DNA of 40,942 bases from Patescibacteria group bacterium (GCA_043817345.1 JBDRGZ010000008.1:1-40942), one strand, 5' to 3'. Numbered from the stretch's first letter, positions 8,594 through 18,201 are shown. A program made the numbers and translations. The notes: generated by a model from the letters alone, not told the origin.

Positions 8594-9898
8594 TTAATAA
8601 TAATTTTCTCTCTGATGTTCCAAAATTTCTGTACCAAAAACTGGTAAAAAATTTTTTGTTCGACCTTTATTGTATAAAAAAATTATTGTTTCATGTAAAA
8701 TAGCTTTATTAATTTTGCATAATTCTTTATTAACTTTTTTAAAACTTCCAGTTGCTAATAAGTTATCTACTGGACATCCACCACTACAAATATATTTAAA
8801 AGCACAATTTTGACAATCATCTGGTAAAGATAAATTTAACATTTTTTGTTTTTTCTTTTTATTGATAATTAATTTATCATTTACAATTTTGCCAATTTTA
8901 GCAAATTTTTCCATTTCCTTAAAATAACATAAAATAATTTCTCCTTGTTGAGTAATAATATTCTTACCTCCACTTAACTGAACACAAAAATGATCAGCTG
9001 GAAAAAATAAATTCATTAAAGGTGAAGTAATTAAATAAATTTCTTTTTGACTGGCTACGTTCAAAGCTTTTTTAAATTCCTTAATATATTTTTCAGCAAT
9101 AGGTTTCAATTCATTCGTAGCTCTACCTAAAATAATTACTTTTTCAAAATGTAAAAATTTAACTCCTAAATTAGCGAAATAATTAACCAACTGGCTTAAT
9201 TGAACATTATAGTCAGTAATAGTAGCCCGAATAGTAAAAAGTGCTTTTTTGCCCACCAAATACTTAATAGTTTTTTCAACCTGATTAGAACTCTTTTTGC
9301 CATTAATAGTCGGCCGTAAAAAATCCTGCATTTCCTGAGGGCCATCACAAGAAAGACTTAAAAGAAATTTTTCTTTGACTAACCAATTAATTTTTTCTTT
9401 ATCCAATAATCCATCAACATTAAGATGAAAATATTTGTGTTTTAAAGGAAGTTGCTTAACAAATTTAGTTACTTTTTTAATAAGTTCAAAATTTAATGTT
9501 GGCTCTCCACCAAAAAATAAAATTTCAATGTCATCTGCTGTTTTTTTCTTTTCTTCATAAGTAGCCTTAATAGCAGAAATAGCAGTTTTCAAATCCATTT
9601 CTGAAAATTCACCTTCACCACCTTTAACATAACAATATTTACATCTTAAACGACATTTATTTGTAATAATTAAAACAACTCTAATAATTTTTGGGTTACC
9701 TCTCTCAGTGCAAGGTTTACCAAAAAAATTTTCTTTTTCAAGTTTATGTTTAATGGTTTGATCTTTAATTTCTTTTTTATTTAAAGCCACTATTTCACCA
9801 GAATACGAAGAAAACACCAAAAATTGTTTTCCATCCCAAACTGCCGGCAATCCATTATAAAGAACATCTTTTTTGTATTCGTGCATTTTTCTTTTCAT
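8594..9898 (-). CDS. Radical SAM enzyme with full SPASM auxiliary-cluster domain (peptide-maturase type)
   Basis: CRLRCKYCY is the CxxxCxxC motif, and FFGGEPTL is present. The C-terminal part has C-x13-G-x4-C, then CQNCAFKYICSGGC (Cx2Cx5Cx3C), then a late Cys. About 80 aa precede the radical SAM core. Confidence 0.85.
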   Translation of the reverse strand: MKRKMHEYKKDVLYNGLPAVWDGKQFLVFSSYSGEIVALNKKEIKDQTIKHKLEKENFFGKPCTERGNPKIIRVVLIITNKCRLRCKYCYVKGGEGEFSEMDLKTAISAIKATYEEKKKTADDIEILFFGGEPTLNFELIKKVTKFVKQLPLKHKYFHLNVDGLLDKEKINWLVKEKFLLSLSCDGPQEMQDFLRPTINGKKSSNQVEKTIKYLVGKKALFTIRATITDYNVQLSQLVNYFANLGVKFLHFEKVIILGRATNELKPIAEKYIKEFKKALNVASQKEIYLITSPLMNLFFPADHFCVQLSGGKNIITQQGEIILCYFKEMEKFAKIGKIVNDKLIINKKKKQKMLNLSLPDDCQNCAFKYICSGGCPVDNLLATGSFKKVNKELCKINKAILHETIIFLYNKGRTKNFLPVFGTEILEHQRENYY

Positions 9899-9901
9899 AT
9901 A

Positions 9902-9930
9902 TTGTAATAATACTTAGTTTGTGTTATAAT
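9902..9930 (+). promoter_or_regulatory. Promoter TTGTAA-N17-(TGt)TATAAT for the TrmB-like gene
   Basis: The motif is read directly in the divergent spacer between the rSAM and TrmB genes. Confidence 0.5.
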
Positions 9931-10015
9931 AACAATACAAATTAGACAAAATTTTAATAATTTATGTTTTTTACCTAAAATTAGTGCGATAAACAATAAT
10001 CTTGTCCAACAACTT

Positions 10016-10786
10016 ATGACAACAATAACTAAAATCTTTAATTTTTTAGAATTATCAAAAAAAGCTCAAAATATTTATGAGCTTATGTTAACTAAAGGTC
10101 CTGTTACTGCAACAATGCTGTCGCAGGAATTAAATATGCCAAGATCAACAGTATATTTTGAATTGGGTAGTTTGCAAAGTTTAAAACTAATTTCAATAAC
10201 TGGAAGTTATAAAAAAAGAAAATTTGTAATTGAAAATCCAAATACTTTATTAGAAATATTAGATAACAAGTCACAAGTAATTAAAGATTTAATTCCATTA
10301 ACTCAAAAAACAATTGAGGAATTGCAAGATACAATTAAAAAAAGCAGATGGAATGTTCCAGATATTAAATTTTTTACAGGCAAAGAAGGTGTGAAAAAAG
10401 TTTTAGAATCAACTAATTACGCAAAATCAAAACAAGTTTTTGGTATTATTCCTGCTTATGATATTTATAATATTCTTGGAGAAAAATATCTTAAAAAATT
10501 AGTTAAAGAAAGAATTAAAAGAAAAGTAAAAGTTAAAAACATTTGGCCTATTGGTAAAATTCCGGAATTTATGTCCAAACACTCTGAGCAGTTACGGGAT
10601 GTTGTTTTTTCAAAAGAACAAATTTCTCTTCCATCAACTTTTTTAACTTTTGACAATAAAGTAATTATTATTACTTCAACTAAAGAACTTTTTTCAATAG
10701 AAATCACTAGCCATGATTTATCCCAAGCTATTAAAATTTTATTTGAAATGATGTGGGAAAAAGCCAAAAAAATTAACTTGACTTAA
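10016..10786 (+). CDS. TrmB-family transcriptional regulator (wHTH plus C-terminal effector-type domain)
   Basis: LSKKAQNIYELMLTKGPVTATMLSQELNMPRSTVYFELGSLQSLKLI is a TrmB-type wHTH. The 256-aa length fits a C-terminal TrmB-like domain. Confidence 0.75.
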   Translation: MTTITKIFNFLELSKKAQNIYELMLTKGPVTATMLSQELNMPRSTVYFELGSLQSLKLISITGSYKKRKFVIENPNTLLEILDNKSQVIKDLIPLTQKTIEELQDTIKKSRWNVPDIKFFTGKEGVKKVLESTNYAKSKQVFGIIPAYDIYNILGEKYLKKLVKERIKRKVKVKNIWPIGKIPEFMSKHSEQLRDVVFSKEQISLPSTFLTFDNKVIIITSTKELFSIEITSHDLSQAIKILFEMMWEKAKKINLT

Positions 10787-10813
10787 ATTAAATATAAATT
10801 ATAATAAATAACT

Positions 10814-10841
10814 AAAAATCTTGCTACAAAGCAGGATTTTT
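10814..10841 (+). terminator. Intrinsic terminator after the TrmB-like gene
   Basis: AAAAATCTTGCT-ACAA-AGCAGGATTTTT: a 12-bp stem with one G.U pair, followed by a T run. Confidence 0.7.
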
Positions 10842-10915
10842 AAAACTTTCATAAAAAACATTGTTCAGAAATATATTTAATAATTCAAAAAACAGATCCT
10901 TCGGCTCAAAACAAC

Positions 10916-10933
10916 CCTAAAAGTCGCTCAGGA
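10916..10933 (+). repeat. Copy 2 of exact 18-nt direct repeat CCTAAAAGTCGCTCAGGA
   Basis: Identical to 5211-5228. It lies 16 nt beyond the rnj stop codon. Confidence 0.9.
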
Positions 10934-10949
10934 TGACATAACAAAAAAC

Positions 10950-12926
10950 CTATACCTCAATCACCACCGGCAAAACCATTGGCCTTTTGCCTGTTTTAGA
11001 AAAAAGAAATTGACCAATGTCATTCCTGATCTTATTTTTCAAAAAATCAGCATCTACTTCTTTTGTATTTCTTTCTTCAACAATCTTCCTTATCTTATTC
11101 CTTGCTTGATTAATTAATTCCTTATTTTCCTTCAAATATACGAAACCACGAGAAATAATGTCGGGATTATGAATTAATTTTCCACCTCTTTTAGTCATCG
11201 TTGCTATTACAACCACCATACCCTCTTGAGCTAAAATTTGTCTATCTCTAAAAACAATATTTTGTAAGTTAGAAATGCCTAAACCATCAACAAATACTGG
11301 ACTTGCTTCAACTTTTTTATCAAGTATCTTGCCTTCTGTTTTGCTAAATTCCATTACAGATCCATTATCAGGGATTAAAATATGTTTATTATCATACCCA
11401 ATTCCTTTAGCTAACTTAGCTGCTTCTTTAAGCATATAGTGATTAGCATAAACTGGGATAAAATATGTTGGTTTGATAGCCCTTATCATATCAGCGACTT
11501 CACCTGCAGTAGCATGACCACCAGAATGAACATCCATAATTTCTGAATGGATAACATTATCACTTTGACGATAAATTAAATCCTTCACACGTTGGACTGT
11601 TCTTTCGTTACCAGGGATAACTGATGAGGAAAAAATAACTGTATCTGATTTTTTAAATTTAATAGATCTATGTACACCATTGGCTATTCTATTAAACACA
11701 GCACTTTCTTCACCTTGAGCACCAGTACACATAATAACTACTTTTTTGTCTGGCAAATCTAAAGTTTTTTCTATTTTAATTAACTGTCTTAAATCAAATT
11801 TAACAATACCTAATTTTTTAGCAATCTGAATATTTGTCTTCATGCTAAAACCATCAACAGCTACTGTTTTCCCATATTTTTCAGCCATTTCAAGAATAAC
11901 CTTTACACGATCAACGTTTGAAGCAAATGTACCAATAATTACTCTACCAGGTGCTTCAATAATTAACTTTTCAAGATTTTTATACATCTCTTCTTCTGGA
12001 ACTGGTGGTTTTTTGTAAGCAACACCTAAACTTTCTAACATTAAAATACTTGGTTTTTTAATTTTTGATAGATATTCGTATCCAGTCTTACCGCCTTGCA
12101 TTTTGTCATCAACTTTCCAATCACCAGGATGGATAACTGTTCCGTTTGGTGTTTCTAAAATAATTCCCATGGCCTCCATGATACTATGAGCTACTGGGAA
12201 TAATTTTAATCCAAAATTACCAAACTTTAATTTATAATTAAAAGAATTAACTAATTTTGATTTAATGTTTTTAGAACTGCCTTTTTTGTAATCCTCCATT
12301 CTACCTTTAATCATGTGCACAGTTAATTTACTACCTACAATTAGAGGGTTACCTAATTTTTCTAATAAAATAGGGGCTGCACCAATATGGTCCATATGAC
12401 CATGGGTAAATATTACTGCTTTAACGTTTTTTTCTTTACCTTTTAGATATTCTGTATTTGGGATTATATAATCAATTCCAGGCATATCTTCTTCTGGAAA
12501 CTGTAAGCCCATGTCAATAATTACAATATCATTCTTGTATTCAAATATTGTCATGTTTCTTCCAACTTCTTCGCAACCACCCAAAGGAATAATTCTTAAA
12601 TTATTATCTCCTGGTTTGTTAAACATATCTTTTTTTGAAGTATCTTCTTGTTTCTTAAAATTTCTATTAGAAGATATTCTTCTATTAGATTGACGTGATC
12701 TGTTATTTTGTTGATTTGAATTTTGTTTATAAGATCTTTGTTTTTGTTCTTCTGGTTTTCTTATTTGTTCAGATCTCAAATCTACTTCTTGTTTATTTTC
12801 TACTTTCTTTCTTGTTTGTTGTGTTGGTTGTGCACGATGAATTTTACGGACAGTACCAACTACACGCCTTTTTTGAGGTGTGTTCTTTTTCTCTCTTATC
12901 TTTCTTGTTTTAAAAATTTCTGTCAT
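10950..12926 (-). CDS. rnj: Ribonuclease J with ~105-aa basic/Gln-Asn-rich N-terminal extension
   Basis: The beta-lactamase/beta-CASP core shows IIPLGGCEEVGRNM and HGHMDHIG, followed by the C-terminal RNase J domain. 658 aa. Confidence 0.88.
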   Translation of the reverse strand: MTEIFKTRKIREKKNTPQKRRVVGTVRKIHRAQPTQQTRKKVENKQEVDLRSEQIRKPEEQKQRSYKQNSNQQNNRSRQSNRRISSNRNFKKQEDTSKKDMFNKPGDNNLRIIPLGGCEEVGRNMTIFEYKNDIVIIDMGLQFPEEDMPGIDYIIPNTEYLKGKEKNVKAVIFTHGHMDHIGAAPILLEKLGNPLIVGSKLTVHMIKGRMEDYKKGSSKNIKSKLVNSFNYKLKFGNFGLKLFPVAHSIMEAMGIILETPNGTVIHPGDWKVDDKMQGGKTGYEYLSKIKKPSILMLESLGVAYKKPPVPEEEMYKNLEKLIIEAPGRVIIGTFASNVDRVKVILEMAEKYGKTVAVDGFSMKTNIQIAKKLGIVKFDLRQLIKIEKTLDLPDKKVVIMCTGAQGEESAVFNRIANGVHRSIKFKKSDTVIFSSSVIPGNERTVQRVKDLIYRQSDNVIHSEIMDVHSGGHATAGEVADMIRAIKPTYFIPVYANHYMLKEAAKLAKGIGYDNKHILIPDNGSVMEFSKTEGKILDKKVEASPVFVDGLGISNLQNIVFRDRQILAQEGMVVVIATMTKRGGKLIHNPDIISRGFVYLKENKELINQARNKIRKIVEERNTKEVDADFLKNKIRNDIGQFLFSKTGKRPMVLPVVIEV

Positions 12927-13003
12927 ATATATTTTTATATAAAATTAAAAACATTAACTAATTCATTCTAGTTTTTGCATTCTAATTCCTTTCTATTATT
13001 TAT

Positions 13004-14896
13004 TTAAAATGATCTTTTTGTATCAATATACCATTCTTCAATACTTGAGAAGCGATCACATGGTACTGATATTACTTTTACATCCATCCCCTTTATTTTA
13101 TTAGACATAGGGTAGACATATTTAGGAGTATATAAAAATATTGCTGGCAAATTTTTATTCAATATATTCTGGAAGTGAATATATTTATCATGTCTTTTTT
13201 GTGGATCTGAAATCTGACGAGCTTCTTCCAAAACTTTATCTGCTTCTTTGTTTACAAAGTTAGCTAGATTCAAACCATTCTCTCCTGCTTGTGAAGAATG
13301 CCAAAACGGATATGGATCTGGATCTGTTCCAAATATTTCTCCAAACAATAACGCTTCAAAATTTCTTTTACGAATGACATCACTTTGAATCTGCCCTGCT
13401 TCGATTATTTTTATCTCTACTTTAACACCAATTGATTGCCACATTTTTTGAATTAATTGTGCAACTTTAAAATTTTCTGAACGATTAACTGTTGTTAAAA
13501 TAACTTTTAATTCTATGTCATCCTTTTTTCTAAACAAAATGGCTCCGCTGTCTTCTGTGTTTTCTTCTTCGTCCTTTTCTTCGAACTTCCACCCAGCTTC
13601 ATCCAAAAGTTCCCCTGCTTTATCATCATCATGTGCATATTTTTCAATGTTTGGGTTATAACCAATAAAGCCGGCTAAAATTGGAGCATCAATAACTTGT
13701 CCTTCGCCTCTTAGAGCTTCGCTTACTATAGTGTCCTTTTCTAAGGCATATGTTAAAGCCTGTCTAACATTTAAGCTTTCCAATGCTTTATTTTTTGCTT
13801 GATTAAAGAAAACTCCCGTATATTGAGGCAAGCTAAGGTTATAATAAGTTAAATCTTTCCTTGTTTTTGTTTCTTCTTCTAAATCTTTTGGTAAGTAGCT
13901 CATCCCGTCAATATTATGGCTCTTTAAGGCCATTGCTGCTGAAGCAAAATCTGGATAAAATTTAAAATTAATCTGTTTTAAATGTGCTGTAGGAGCATAA
14001 TCCCTGTTTCTCTCTAAAGTATATACTTTAATATTTCCTAATTTGTCTTTAGTTAAAGATTTAAATTTATATGGCCCACTACCAATTGGACGAAGATTGT
14101 AATCTGTTAATAAAGCATTAGCAGGTACAACCTCAAGCCATAAATGTGATGGTAAAATCCCAACAGTTAAGTTTTCCAAGAAAACTGCGTAGCTTTCTGG
14201 TAAGATGAATTTAATTGTTTTTTCATCTAAAACTTCTAATTTTACATTGGCAAAATTAACTGCTAAAGGACTTTTAAATTCAGAATCCTGAATTGATTCA
14301 ATTGTAAAAACAACATCATCAATTGTTAAAGACTCACCATCATGCCATCTTAAACCATCTCTTAAATAAAAAGTATACTCTTTTTGATCATCAGAAACTG
14401 TCCAGCTCTCTGCCATGTCTGGAACTATTTGTTGGTGTTTATCAATTTTTACTAAGCCTGGATAAATTAATGAAGCAATATCTTGATCAACATCATTTAA
14501 ACTTGTATAAAGAGGATTAATGAACTTAGGCATACCAACCAAGCCTTCTGTATATGCACCTCCAACAGCAGGAACAATGTGTGTAATTTTAAACCACCCA
14601 CAAATTAAGAAAGCTAATAAAGAAACAACAAAAACAAGTGCAGCAATCCTAAAGACTAACCATTCTTTTTTAGAAATTACATCAGGTATATATTTTAACT
14701 GTCTTAATTTAGGCCATCTTTTTTTAGAAAGACTAGCAACTAAATCTTTATCATACTTTTTATTCCCTATATTTTTCTTAAAAAAACTTAAAGGGCCCTT
14801 TTGTTTGAAATTTACAAAAGAAAAGGTTTTTTTAATTTTTTTAAACAACGAAGATGGTTTAATTTTGAAGCGTTTTAAAAAATCACGCGAAGACAT
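13004..14896 (-). CDS. Membrane-anchored ABC-transporter substrate-binding protein, family 5 (peptide/nickel type)
   Basis: It has an N-terminal TM helix followed by an SBP_bac_5-like sequence (GGAYTEGLVG...LVKIDKHQQIVPDMAESW...WHDGE). 630 aa. Confidence 0.75.
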   Translation of the reverse strand: MSSRDFLKRFKIKPSSLFKKIKKTFSFVNFKQKGPLSFFKKNIGNKKYDKDLVASLSKKRWPKLRQLKYIPDVISKKEWLVFRIAALVFVVSLLAFLICGWFKITHIVPAVGGAYTEGLVGMPKFINPLYTSLNDVDQDIASLIYPGLVKIDKHQQIVPDMAESWTVSDDQKEYTFYLRDGLRWHDGESLTIDDVVFTIESIQDSEFKSPLAVNFANVKLEVLDEKTIKFILPESYAVFLENLTVGILPSHLWLEVVPANALLTDYNLRPIGSGPYKFKSLTKDKLGNIKVYTLERNRDYAPTAHLKQINFKFYPDFASAAMALKSHNIDGMSYLPKDLEEETKTRKDLTYYNLSLPQYTGVFFNQAKNKALESLNVRQALTYALEKDTIVSEALRGEGQVIDAPILAGFIGYNPNIEKYAHDDDKAGELLDEAGWKFEEKDEEENTEDSGAILFRKKDDIELKVILTTVNRSENFKVAQLIQKMWQSIGVKVEIKIIEAGQIQSDVIRKRNFEALLFGEIFGTDPDPYPFWHSSQAGENGLNLANFVNKEADKVLEEARQISDPQKRHDKYIHFQNILNKNLPAIFLYTPKYVYPMSNKIKGMDVKVISVPCDRFSSIEEWYIDTKRSF

Positions 14897-14926
14897 AGGT
14901 TGTTAATATTTATATGAAGTATATAT

Positions 14927-15142
14927 TTAGATAAATAGTCGAATAACTCCAATAATTACAAAAACAAATGCAAAAGCAATAGTTGATCTAAAAATTGTTT
15001 TTTCAGCACCACGTTTGGTTGTATATGCATCTCCACCTCCACCAAAAGCACTTCCTAAACCAGCACCACCACTTTGCATTAGAATCATTACTACCATTAG
15101 TACAGCAGCAACAAGTTGGATAATAGTTAAAAAATCTGGCAT
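14927..15142 (-). CDS. secG: Preprotein translocase subunit SecG
   Basis: 71 aa with two TM helices flanking the Gly-rich loop LMQSGGAGLGSAFGGGG. Confidence 0.85.
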   Translation of the reverse strand: MPDFLTIIQLVAAVLMVVMILMQSGGAGLGSAFGGGGDAYTTKRGAEKTIFRSTIAFAFVFVIIGVIRLFI

Positions 15143-15258
15143 ATTTTTACAAATTTCATCCCTGACTAATCAGAGAATCAATTTAAAGAGTAACTTAATT
15201 TGATGAGTTAATACTATCAAATATTTAAAAAAGTGTCAATATTACTAAAATGTACCCT

Positions 15259-15287
15259 TTGACCAAAAACAAAAAATAGTATATAAT
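15259..15287 (+). promoter_or_regulatory. Near-consensus promoter TTGACC-N17-TATAAT upstream of uvrA
   Basis: Motif and spacing are read directly. It lies 25 nt upstream of the uvrA ATG. Confidence 0.6.
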
Positions 15288-15311
15288 AAACCACAACTAA
15301 ATTCTCCACAT

Positions 15312-18128
15312 ATGCCTCAAAAAAACCAACATATTAATATACGTGGTGCCAGAACAAATAATTTAAAGAATGTCTCTATTAAAATACCTAAAAACCAGTT
15401 TATAGTTATGACAGGTATTTCTGGTTCTGGTAAATCTTCTTTAGCTTTTGATACTATCTATGCTGAAGGACAAAGAAGATATGTGGAATCTCTCTCAAAC
15501 TATGCTCGTCAATTCATAAATATATTAGACAAACCAGATGTTGATCAAATTGAAGGTTTGTCCCCTGCCATCTCAATTGATCAAAAAAGTATTCCTCGTA
15601 ACCCTCGTTCAACTGTTGGAACAATGACAGAGATATATGATTATTTAAAATTACTCTTTGCTAGAATAGGCAAAGTTCATTGTCCAAATTGTGGGAGTGA
15701 AATTAAAAAACAAAGCAGTGAACAAATTTTACAAAAAATATTATCTTTTAAAAACAAAGAAATAGTGCTTTTAGCACCAATTGCTAAAAACCAAAAAGAT
15801 AATCGTAAAAAAATATTAGAAGAAATTAAAGAAGCTGAGTTTGAGCAAGTTGTCGTAAACGATAAAATTTACCCAATCCAAAAAGCAATCAATTCATTAG
15901 AAGACAAAACGGAATGTTCAATCAGTATTGTGATTAATAACTTTTCAGTTCCAAAAAACAACCCACCAAAAGAACAGTTAACTGAAATTATTAAAGATCT
16001 TAAAACAGCCTTAGATTTAGGTAACGGATTAATACAAATATTAGAAACAAAGAACAACAAAAAACATATATATTCTCAAAATTTTATCTGCACTAAGTGT
16101 GGTATAAATATTTCAGAAATTGAACCAAGAATATTTTCTTTTAATTCTCCTTATGGTGCATGTGAAGAATGTTCTGGTTTAGGTATTAAACAAGAAATTG
16201 ATCCCGAACTAACAGTACCAAACAAAACTTTGAGTATTGCCCAAGGAGCAATACGACCATTAATTAAAACTCATTCAAACGGGAATAAGATGTTAAATAT
16301 TTTAGAACAAATTGCTCAAAAACATAATTTTTCAATAAACACTCCTGTTAAAGAATTAAATAAAAAACAACTTAATGTTGTTTTTTATGGTTCTACGGAA
16401 AAAAATGATGGGTTGATTAGTAGGGAATTTACAGGAGTTATAGATATCCTAAACAAAAAGTATAAACGAACAGATTCTAATTATACAAAGAATGAAATTG
16501 AACAATATATGCGTACCTTTACTTGTCCTAAATGTAAAGGTACTAGATTAAAAAAACAAGCTTTATCTGTATATATAGACAAGAAAGATATTTCTGTAAT
16601 AGTTAATTTGGATATTGAAAAAGTTATTAAATTTTTTAATACATTAAAACTAAACAAAGAAGAACAAAAAATATCTAATCAAATAATAAAAGAAATTGTT
16701 GAACGTTTAATGTTTTTATCACATATTGGTTTAGGATATTTAACATTAGATAGAAGTGCTAATACATTATCTGGTGGGGAAGCTCAACGTATTAAATTAG
16801 CTACACAGATTGGTTCTCAACTATCTGGTGTACTATATGTACTAGACGAACCATCTATTGGTTTACATCAACAAGACAATCAAAAATTAATATCTACTAT
16901 TAAAGATTTAAGAGATTTAGAAAATACAGTCATTGTTGTAGAACATGATTCTGATACTATCTTATCTGCAGATTGGATTGTAGATATTGGGCCAGGTGCT
17001 GGCAACCAAGGTGGAAAGATAATCTCCCAAGGAACAGCCAAACAAATACAAGCTGATAAAAATTCTTTAACTGGTAGATATTTATCTGGTAAAGAAAAGA
17101 TAGATTTACCAAAAAAACATAGAAAAGGTAATAATAAATATATCCAAATCAAAAAGGCTGATGAATTTAATCTACAAAATATTGATGTAAAATTTCCTTT
17201 AAACAAATTCATTTGTGTGACAGGTGTATCTGGGTCTGGAAAATCTACATTAATAACAAATATATTATCAAAAGCTTTAGCTAAACATTTCTATCGATCA
17301 AAGGAACAACCAGGAAAACACAAAGAAATTATTGGATTAGAAAATATTAATAAAGTTATTACTATAGACCAATCTCCAATTGGTAAAACACCTAGATCAA
17401 ACCCAGCTACATATACAGGTGTATTTACTTTAATTCGAGATCTATTCACAGAAACACCGGAAGCCAAAATGCGCGGTTTATCAACAGGACATTTTTCTTT
17501 TAATGTTCCTGGTGGTAGATGTGAAAACTGTCAGGGTGATGGTATGATCAAAATTGAAATGAATTTCATGCAAGATGTATATATTGAGTGTGAATCTTGT
17601 CAGGGGAAAAGATACAACAGAGAAATTCTAGAGGTTCATTACAAAGAAAACAATATTGCAGATATTCTAGAAATGTCTGTTGAAGAAGCAATGGAATTTT
17701 TTAAAGACCAACTCCCTATACATAATAAATTAAAAATATTATTTGATGTTGGTCTTGGATATATCAAGCTTGGGCAAAGTGCAAACAAATTATCAGGAGG
17801 TGAAGCACAAAGAGTTAAGTTGGCCACAGAATTATCTAGAAGGGATACAGGTAAAACTTTATACATCTTAGACGAACCAACTACCGGTTTACACTTCCAA
17901 GATATTAAAAATCTCCTTATTGTATTAAATAGATTAGTTGATAAAGGAAATACTGTAATTGTTATTGAACATAATTTAGATATTATTAAAACATCTGATT
18001 GGGTAATTGATCTTGGACCTGGAGGAGGTGATAAAGGTGGACAAATAGTTGCTCAAGGAACACCACAAGAATTATCTAAATCAAAAAAAGGATATACAGG
18101 AAAGTTTTTAAAAAAAGTATTAAAATAA
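15312..18128 (+). CDS. uvrA: Excinuclease ABC subunit A
   Basis: It has two ABC modules (GISGSGKSSLAFDT and GVSGSGKSTL, with LSGGEAQR twice) and zinc modules (CPNCG, CxxC...CxxC). 938 aa. Confidence 0.95.
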   Translation: MPQKNQHINIRGARTNNLKNVSIKIPKNQFIVMTGISGSGKSSLAFDTIYAEGQRRYVESLSNYARQFINILDKPDVDQIEGLSPAISIDQKSIPRNPRSTVGTMTEIYDYLKLLFARIGKVHCPNCGSEIKKQSSEQILQKILSFKNKEIVLLAPIAKNQKDNRKKILEEIKEAEFEQVVVNDKIYPIQKAINSLEDKTECSISIVINNFSVPKNNPPKEQLTEIIKDLKTALDLGNGLIQILETKNNKKHIYSQNFICTKCGINISEIEPRIFSFNSPYGACEECSGLGIKQEIDPELTVPNKTLSIAQGAIRPLIKTHSNGNKMLNILEQIAQKHNFSINTPVKELNKKQLNVVFYGSTEKNDGLISREFTGVIDILNKKYKRTDSNYTKNEIEQYMRTFTCPKCKGTRLKKQALSVYIDKKDISVIVNLDIEKVIKFFNTLKLNKEEQKISNQIIKEIVERLMFLSHIGLGYLTLDRSANTLSGGEAQRIKLATQIGSQLSGVLYVLDEPSIGLHQQDNQKLISTIKDLRDLENTVIVVEHDSDTILSADWIVDIGPGAGNQGGKIISQGTAKQIQADKNSLTGRYLSGKEKIDLPKKHRKGNNKYIQIKKADEFNLQNIDVKFPLNKFICVTGVSGSGKSTLITNILSKALAKHFYRSKEQPGKHKEIIGLENINKVITIDQSPIGKTPRSNPATYTGVFTLIRDLFTETPEAKMRGLSTGHFSFNVPGGRCENCQGDGMIKIEMNFMQDVYIECESCQGKRYNREILEVHYKENNIADILEMSVEEAMEFFKDQLPIHNKLKILFDVGLGYIKLGQSANKLSGGEAQRVKLATELSRRDTGKTLYILDEPTTGLHFQDIKNLLIVLNRLVDKGNTVIVIEHNLDIIKTSDWVIDLGPGGGDKGGQIVAQGTPQELSKSKKGYTGKFLKKVLK

Positions 18129-18200
18129 CCCCTCACCTTTTAACTACCTGCCACAAAGTGGCAAATTTTAAAAGTAGTTAAAAGGTGAGGGGTTTTGTTT
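18129..18200 (+). terminator. Oversized intrinsic terminator of uvrA
   Basis: CCCCTCACCTTTTAACTAC (18129-18147) pairs perfectly with GTAGTTAAAAGGTGAGGGG (18174-18192), giving a 19-bp stem. An inner TGCCAC-AAA-GTGGCA hairpin caps it, and TTTTGTTT follows. Confidence 0.7.
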
Positions 18201-18201
18201 C

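Noticed and set aside
12511-12971. Three overlapping plus-strand ORFs (60-82 aa), very Phe/Leu rich
   Set aside because: They are antisense to the Lys/Arg/Gln-rich N-terminal extension of rnj and are a composition artefact.
14323-14906. 65-aa and 128-aa plus-strand ORFs
   Set aside because: They are antisense to the substrate-binding protein gene. They show no motifs, and the second would run across that gene's start.
15143-15311. SOS/LexA operator upstream of uvrA (CTGACTAATCAG palindrome at 15163-15174)
   Set aside because: It matches neither the CTGT-N8-ACAG nor the CGAAC-N4-GTTCG type consensus. It also lies about 100 nt upstream of the uvrA promoter.
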